Positions 59,087-64,000 of a DNA stretch of 64,000 nucleotides are shown one piece after another. Below the pieces are notes generated by a model, which made no database searches, had not been told where the DNA came from, and saw nothing but the letters and a program-made list of their open reading frames with translations. Every line of letters starts with the position of its first letter. Position 1 is the first letter of the stretch. A program made the translations under genes and the position numbers. Origin of the DNA: Alphaproteobacteria bacterium (GTDB taxonomy: Bacteria; Pseudomonadota; Alphaproteobacteria; JBFXJJ01); contig JBFXJJ010000010.1 of assembly GCA_050175015.1 (NCBI GenBank), forward strand, positions 25,577 through 89,576. Reading direction: 5' to 3'.

Positions 59087-61282
59087 ATGTTGTTACAAAA
59101 GCTTTTAAAAATGGTTTATCATAGTTTTTTTAAAATTGCATCAGGTGGTTTTGTGTTTTTTAAATTTTTTGACAATTTTATTGATAATATAATAGCAAAC
59201 TATGAGCAAGAAAAAGCGAATAAAGTTCTATGGCTGATTGTTATTTTTGCTTCAGGCATAGGCTTTTATTTTTCGTTATCAAATGAACCTCCACAATGGC
59301 TGGGTTTAGTCTTTTTAGAACTCTTTATATTTTTGGCAGTTATCTTCCGCTTAAGGCCATATATTTTAACAATTATAATGGCTCTGGGAATTTTTACGTT
59401 TGGTTTTTTTGTGGCACAAATAAAAACAATAACGGTAAAAGCTCCTGTTTTAAATAAGTCTGGTATTTATTTTTTAACGGGAAGAGTTTTAAAAATTGAA
59501 GAAGGAGCGGGAAAAAGAGGGCAGAGAGTCGTTTTAGATAGTTTAGAAATAAGTAAGGTTAAAGAAGATAGCAAGCCGCAAAAAATAAGAATAGTTTTAA
59601 CTCCAAAATCTGACAAGGTTCTTTATGGTGATGTCATATCAGTTAAAGCAAATTTAAACAGACCTTTTTTGCCATCAATCACAGGGGCAAGCAATTTTGC
59701 AAGACTCGCTTGGTTTGAGCAAATAGGTGCGGTGGGATATGCTGTATCAAAAGTAGATATAATTAGTCGAGATGACAGAATTTTTAGCAAATTAAAATTT
59801 GCCGTAGGCAATCTTAGAATTAAGATGTCAGGCAGAATTGATAAGGTATTGCCAAATGAAAAAGAAGGCTCAATAGCTAAAGCCTTAATATCTGGAGAAC
59901 GAGGAGAGATACCAAGATTTTTAATTGATGCTTACAGGGATTCTGGTTTAGCTCATTTCTTATCAATTTCAGGGCTTCATATGGGGCTTGTCGGTGGATT
60001 TACCTTTTTTTTGGTAAGATTTTTATTGGCATTTTTTCCTTTTATAGCTCTGAGATATGACATTAAAAAACTGGCTGCGGTTCTGGCAATTTTTACAACA
60101 ACTTGTTATCTCATCGTTTCAGGATTTAGAATTCCTGCCGAGAGAGCATATATTATGACAACAATAGTGTTTATCGCTGTGCTGGTTAATCGCAGAGCTA
60201 TTTCTATGAGATTAGTAGGATTTGCTGGCGCTCTGATTTTGCTGATTTATCCTGAATCGCTTGTTAGTCCAAGTTTCCAAATGTCTTTTGCCGCTGTAAT
60301 AGCTTTAATCGCCGTTTATGAAAGCTTTAATCCTAAGCTGTTAAGACCTAAGTTTAATAAGGAAGATTCTAAGACCTCTCTTTTCTTTAAGAAAATATTC
60401 TTCTATTTAACAGGGGTTGTGATGGCTGACTTTGTTGCCAGTTTAGCAACACTGCCGTTTGCGGTATATCATTTTAACAGAATTGCGGTTTATACCCTTT
60501 TATGCAACCTTTTAGCGGCTCCTATAATTGGTTTTATTGTTATGCCTTGTGTGGTTTTTACCTTGCTTATGATGCCGTTTGGATTGGAATATCCTGCGCT
60601 TAAAATCGGAGGATTAGGTATTAAAGCAATTAATCATATTGTTTTATGGGTTTCTTCGTTACCTCATTCTGTTTTGTTGGTTAAGGCAATGCCCGTCGGT
60701 TCTTTGGTTCTTATAACTATTGGGCTGCTATGGGTTTGTTTATGGCAGTTAAAGTGGCGTTATTATGGTTTGCTTCTAGTTATGATTGGTGCTTTGTGCC
60801 ACAGCATAACTAAAATTCCCGATGTTATTGTGGGCGAAAATGGTAAACTAGCTGCGGTTAAACTTGACGATGGCACGATTGCTCTTTCATCAAGTAAAAC
60901 TAGTTTTGTTAGTAAGGTATGGCTTGATAGAGCGGGTCTTTCCGTTGCGGAAGTTAAAGGCAATCACAAGTTTTGGCTTCCTGAAAATCGTGAAAGCACC
61001 CCTAATCTTAGATGTGATAGTTATGGCTGTGTCTACCGTAAAAATGGAAAGCAAATAGCTGTTTTGCAGAAGATTGATGATGTGAAGAAAGACTGCGATA
61101 ATGCCGATTTGGTAATCAGTCCGTTTTCATTAAACAAGATTTGTAAAGGGAAAAAGTATATTGATTTTTGGAATTTTTATAAAAACGGAACTTATAGTTT
61201 GACAATAACTGATGACGGTAAAATTAGAATCAAAAATGTAAAAGAATCTATCGGTAATCGTTATTGGTCTGGTAAGAGCTAA
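59087..61282 (+). CDS. comEC: ComEC/Rec2 competence protein (start uncertain, perhaps 59111 or 59153)
   Basis: GLAHFLSISGLHM, ERAYIM, SFQMSFAAV; divergent from gltX. Confidence 0.9.
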   Translation: MLLQKLLKMVYHSFFKIASGGFVFFKFFDNFIDNIIANYEQEKANKVLWLIVIFASGIGFYFSLSNEPPQWLGLVFLELFIFLAVIFRLRPYILTIIMALGIFTFGFFVAQIKTITVKAPVLNKSGIYFLTGRVLKIEEGAGKRGQRVVLDSLEISKVKEDSKPQKIRIVLTPKSDKVLYGDVISVKANLNRPFLPSITGASNFARLAWFEQIGAVGYAVSKVDIISRDDRIFSKLKFAVGNLRIKMSGRIDKVLPNEKEGSIAKALISGERGEIPRFLIDAYRDSGLAHFLSISGLHMGLVGGFTFFLVRFLLAFFPFIALRYDIKKLAAVLAIFTTTCYLIVSGFRIPAERAYIMTTIVFIAVLVNRRAISMRLVGFAGALILLIYPESLVSPSFQMSFAAVIALIAVYESFNPKLLRPKFNKEDSKTSLFFKKIFFYLTGVVMADFVASLATLPFAVYHFNRIAVYTLLCNLLAAPIIGFIVMPCVVFTLLMMPFGLEYPALKIGGLGIKAINHIVLWVSSLPHSVLLVKAMPVGSLVLITIGLLWVCLWQLKWRYYGLLLVMIGALCHSITKIPDVIVGENGKLAAVKLDDGTIALSSSKTSFVSKVWLDRAGLSVAEVKGNHKFWLPENRESTPNLRCDSYGCVYRKNGKQIAVLQKIDDVKKDCDNADLVISPFSLNKICKGKKYIDFWNFYKNGTYSLTITDDGKIRIKNVKESIGNRYWSGKS

Positions 61283-61400
61283 AGGTATTATTTTAAATTG
61301 CTATGGAAAAGCAAAGTGTTTCAAGATTATAACAAGACTCGAATGTATTGTTATAATAAAATAACAATAAAAAACACTATTTTACATTTTTTTATGATAT

Positions 61401-61487
61401 TTAAATAGAATAGTTGTAACTGTTATTAGGATATAACTGGGGTATAATCAAAAACAAGAAGCCAAATAAGTTATTTTTACTAAACAT
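61401..61487 (-). CDS. Detached leader of the GLUG gene (OFF state): MFSKNNLFGFLFLIIPQLYPNNSYNYSI*
   Basis: AAAGGG RBS 8 nt upstream, hydrophobic core, LYPNN encoded by the left IR; stops a few codons after crossing the IR. Confidence 0.75.
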   Translation of the reverse strand: MFSKNNLFGFLFLIIPQLYPNNSYNYSI

Positions 61488-61540
61488 GGTCTTGCCCTTT
61501 CATAAAATAATCAATTAAAAGCAAAATTTTATTTATCTTT

Positions 61541-61569
61541 ATTTTGCTACAGTTTATGCGTGATTGCAA
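61541..61569 (-). promoter_or_regulatory. Putative sigma70 promoter inside the invertible segment
   Basis: TTGCAA-N17-CAAAAT, 53 nt upstream of the leader ATG at 61487. Confidence 0.55.
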
Positions 61570-61743
61570 GAATAAAAAATGATGCCAAATTGTAATTGTA
61601 AGGGGATTTTTTAGTTCAAATTTTATATTAAATTGTATTAAAACAAGCTCTTAATTGTGTTTTTGCCATCGTTTTTATGCTCAAAAATAATCAAAATCTA
61701 AAAATGTAACATCTTGAATTTATTATATATTTTTTTAAGGCAT

Positions 61744-61874
61744 TTTTTTGGGTAACTTATGGGTAGCAGATTCATTTATAAAAAAAGCGGCAAAGCGAAT
61801 CTACATTGATATAACGCATTGATAAAAATATGTTTTTTACAAAGCATTTAAGTTTTTTGGGTAACACATAGGTA
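61744..61874 (+). repeat. Two arm-type-like direct repeats
   Basis: TTTTTTGGGTAAC at 61744-61756 and 61853-61865, each with a second GGTA 11 bp after the first. Confidence 0.65.
61812..61824 (-). promoter_or_regulatory. IHF consensus site
   Basis: TATCAATGCGTTA matches WATCAANNNNTTR exactly; one-mismatch copies at 61707-61719 and 61930-61942 in the same orientation. Confidence 0.55.
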
Positions 61875-61878
61875 TCTT

Positions 61879-61918
61879 TTTTAGTTGTTTTTTGATTATA
61901 ACTAAAAAACAACTAAAA
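61879..61918. repeat. 15-bp perfect inverted repeat with a 10-nt spacer
   Basis: TTTTAGTTGTTTTTT-GATTATAACT-AAAAAACAACTAAAA. Confidence 0.7.
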
Positions 61919-61992
61919 TTTTATATGATTAACATATTGTTTTAATTGTATATTTTTTATATTTGTACGTAGTAAAAACCCATAAAAATGCG

Positions 61993-64000
61993 TTATATCC
62001 TAATAACGGTTATTCTCAAACAGCCATCACAACCTGTTCAGAATTGCAGGCAATGAACAACAATCTATCAGGAAGCTACTATCTTGCTAACGATATCGAT
62101 TGCAGTGATACTGTTAATTGGAACAGCGGCGCTGGTTTTGTTCCGATTGGAAATAATGCCTCACCATTTACTGGTATATTTGATGGAGCAAACTATTCTG
62201 TAAAAGATTTATACATAAATAGACCATCTAGTAAATATCAAGGCATTTTCGGTTATACAAGTGGAGCTATAATTAAAAATACGAATATTACAGGAGACAT
62301 AGTGGGTTATGAAAGTGTTGGTGTTTTAATTGGATATGCCTCTAGTTCTAGAGTTATAAATTGTAGTTCAATTGGTAATAGTAGCGGTAGAGCCAGAGTT
62401 GGAGGTTTAATAGGCTCCATTTATTCTTCAAATATGGATACGTGCTATTCTAATACGCTCTCTTTAGGTTATAACAACACAAGTAGTGGTGTTGGCGGTT
62501 TAGTTGGGGTTGCAGAAGGAAACTCTGTGATATCAAATAGCTATGCTTTAGGCGATGTAACATCTAACCAAAATATAGCTGGTGGATTTGTAGGACTTGC
62601 CGCAGATACAAATATAACTAATAGCTATGCTATAGGTAAGGTGCAAAGTCCAGATAGCTCATCTACGGGTGGTTTAATTGGAAAATCATCTAATGTTTCG
62701 ATTTCAAACAGTTATTGGGACATACAGACTTCAGGGCAAAGCTCTAGTGCTGGAGGCGTTGGCAAGACTACCGCTGAGTTGCAAATGCAAAGTACCTTTT
62801 CTGGTTGGAACTTTGACAATGTTTGGAAAATGACGGAAGGAAGCTATCCTAAGCTTCGCAGCAGTATAGAAATATCAACTTGTGAGCAGCTGCAAAAGAT
62901 TAATAGTAATCTTTATGGCAGTTATTATCTAACTGGTGATATTGATTGCAGCGATACCGTTAATTGGAATGGTGGTGAAGGCTTTGTTCCGATTGGTACC
63001 GAAACCAGCCCATTTTATGGCAACTTTGATGGTAAAGGCTACAAAATTACTAATTTATATATCAACCGCCCATCGACAGAACCTATTGGCTTATTTGGCC
63101 TTGTAAAATATTCAACAATAGAAAACGTTGATTTGATTGAGGGCAATATTAGTGGTCGTAGCAATGTTGGCGGCTTAGTTGGAGCTATGGAATACTCTTA
63201 TGTCAATAAAGTTTCTTTTTCTGGCTCTGTAATCGCAAGTAAAGGAACTTTTTTAAATGGTGGGGATGGGCTTAGGAGCCAAGCCGCCGGTTTGATTGGG
63301 ACTGCAAGTAATTCGGCAATTTATAATAGTTATTCCGAAGGTTCAGTTTTAGGTACGGGAGATTTAATTGGTGGTTTAATTGGCGTATCGGGAGCCTCAT
63401 CTATCAATAACTGTTATTCATCAGCAACTGTGATCGCAACAGATTATACAAACTATGGAGGCGTTGGGGGGCTAGTAGGACATTTTGGAAGTGGGTCTTT
63501 TATTACAAACAGCTATGCTTCAGGCAATGTTACGGGAGTCTATGCTGTTGGTGGTTTGGTTGGTGACGAATATACTGGTTCAACCAATGATACTATTATC
63601 AACAGTTATGCTGTGGGCAAAGTAAGCGGAAGCAGTTATACGGGAGGTTTGATAGGACACACTAGAACGCCAGCGCTTTTTACGGTTAATGGTTGCTACT
63701 GGGACGTTGAAACAACAAGTCAAACTGCGAGTTGTGGTGGGGGATTGGTTTGTACTGGTATAGGCCGAACAACGACTCAAATGAAAACGCAAAGCACGTA
63801 TTCTAATTGGGATTTTACTGATGTTTGGTCCTTATTTGCTGGCGAATATCCGAAGCTCAAATGGCAGATACCTGTCTGCACAGGCTGTGCAGTTTTAGAT
63901 GGTATGGTTTGTGTAGCGGGTGGTAGTTGTTCTGGTGAACACCCGACGTGTAATGTTACGGGCTGGGTTGGACTTTGCGAATGTTCATCTAGCACTTGCG
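61993..64000 (+). CDS. Large GLUG-motif surface protein/adhesin, no native start in this orientation, 3' truncated by window
   Basis: Translated by hand with no stop from 61933 to 64000. Two tandem domains (ITTCSELQ..YYLANDIDC..GFVPIG..FDG..GGLVG repeats..YWD..WxF..VW..YPKL) then a Cys-rich region. Confidence 0.88.

Larger units (their letters stand above)
61417..62012. mobile_element. Invertible DNA segment (phase-variation switch) with IRs 61422-61437 / 61992-62007
   Basis: GTTATTAGGATATAAC / GTTATATCCTAATAAC perfect 16 bp (20/21 extended); inversion gives an in-frame leader fusion. Confidence 0.85.

Noticed and set aside
61988-62057. ATG 61988 as start of the GLUG gene with a frameshift
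   Set aside because: That frame closes after 22 codons, has no RBS or slippery tract, and the inversion model explains the missing start exactly.
578-63995. Many 60-160-aa ORFs in the track that are antisense to or out of frame within long genes (e.g. 36076..36513, 48126..48602, 63580..63792, 63777..63995)
   Set aside because: They are shadows of well-supported genes, with no motifs or RBS. The last two lie opposite the GLUG ORF.
1-64000. CRISPR array, rRNA, transposase or recombinase genes
   Set aside because: No regularly spaced repeats, rRNA-like sequence or DDE/tyrosine/serine recombinase motifs were seen.

Overview
AT-rich chromosomal window from an alphaproteobacterium (alpha-type parE, rpsB-tsf-pyrH-frr-uppS-cdsA-dxr-rseP-bamA-skp-lpxD-fabZ-lpxA-lpxI/lpxB, divergent gltX/comEC), probably anaerobic (NfnAB, Desulfovibrio-type flavodoxin). 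1-18.9 kb is a surface-polysaccharide locus. 19.1-24.7 kb is a tightly coupled 8-gene operon with a methyltransferase, an unannotated 47-aa peptide, an esterase, a split transketolase, a PvcA/isonitrile-synthase-like protein, a tetrapyrrole-type methylase and RidA. 25-37.6 kb holds redox, sugar-nucleotide, MFS, tRNA-Glu and parE genes, and 37.9-52.3 kb is the housekeeping cluster ending in an LpxI-LpxB fusion. 52.4-57.5 kb is a tandem array of four HELRH metallopeptidase paralogues. Main finding: at 61417-62012 a segment bounded by 16-bp perfect inverted repeats carries a promoter, RBS, ATG and signal-peptide codons facing away from a start-less GLUG-repeat surface-protein ORF (about 61993 to the window end, absent from the ORF track). 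Inverting it by hand fuses the leader in frame to that ORF, so it looks like an intragenic phase-variation switch in the OFF state. It contains IHF-like and integrase arm-like sites, no recombinase gene is in the window, and a further 18-bp copy of the site lies inside the peptidase array. All family assignments are from motif recognition by eye; no database searches were run.
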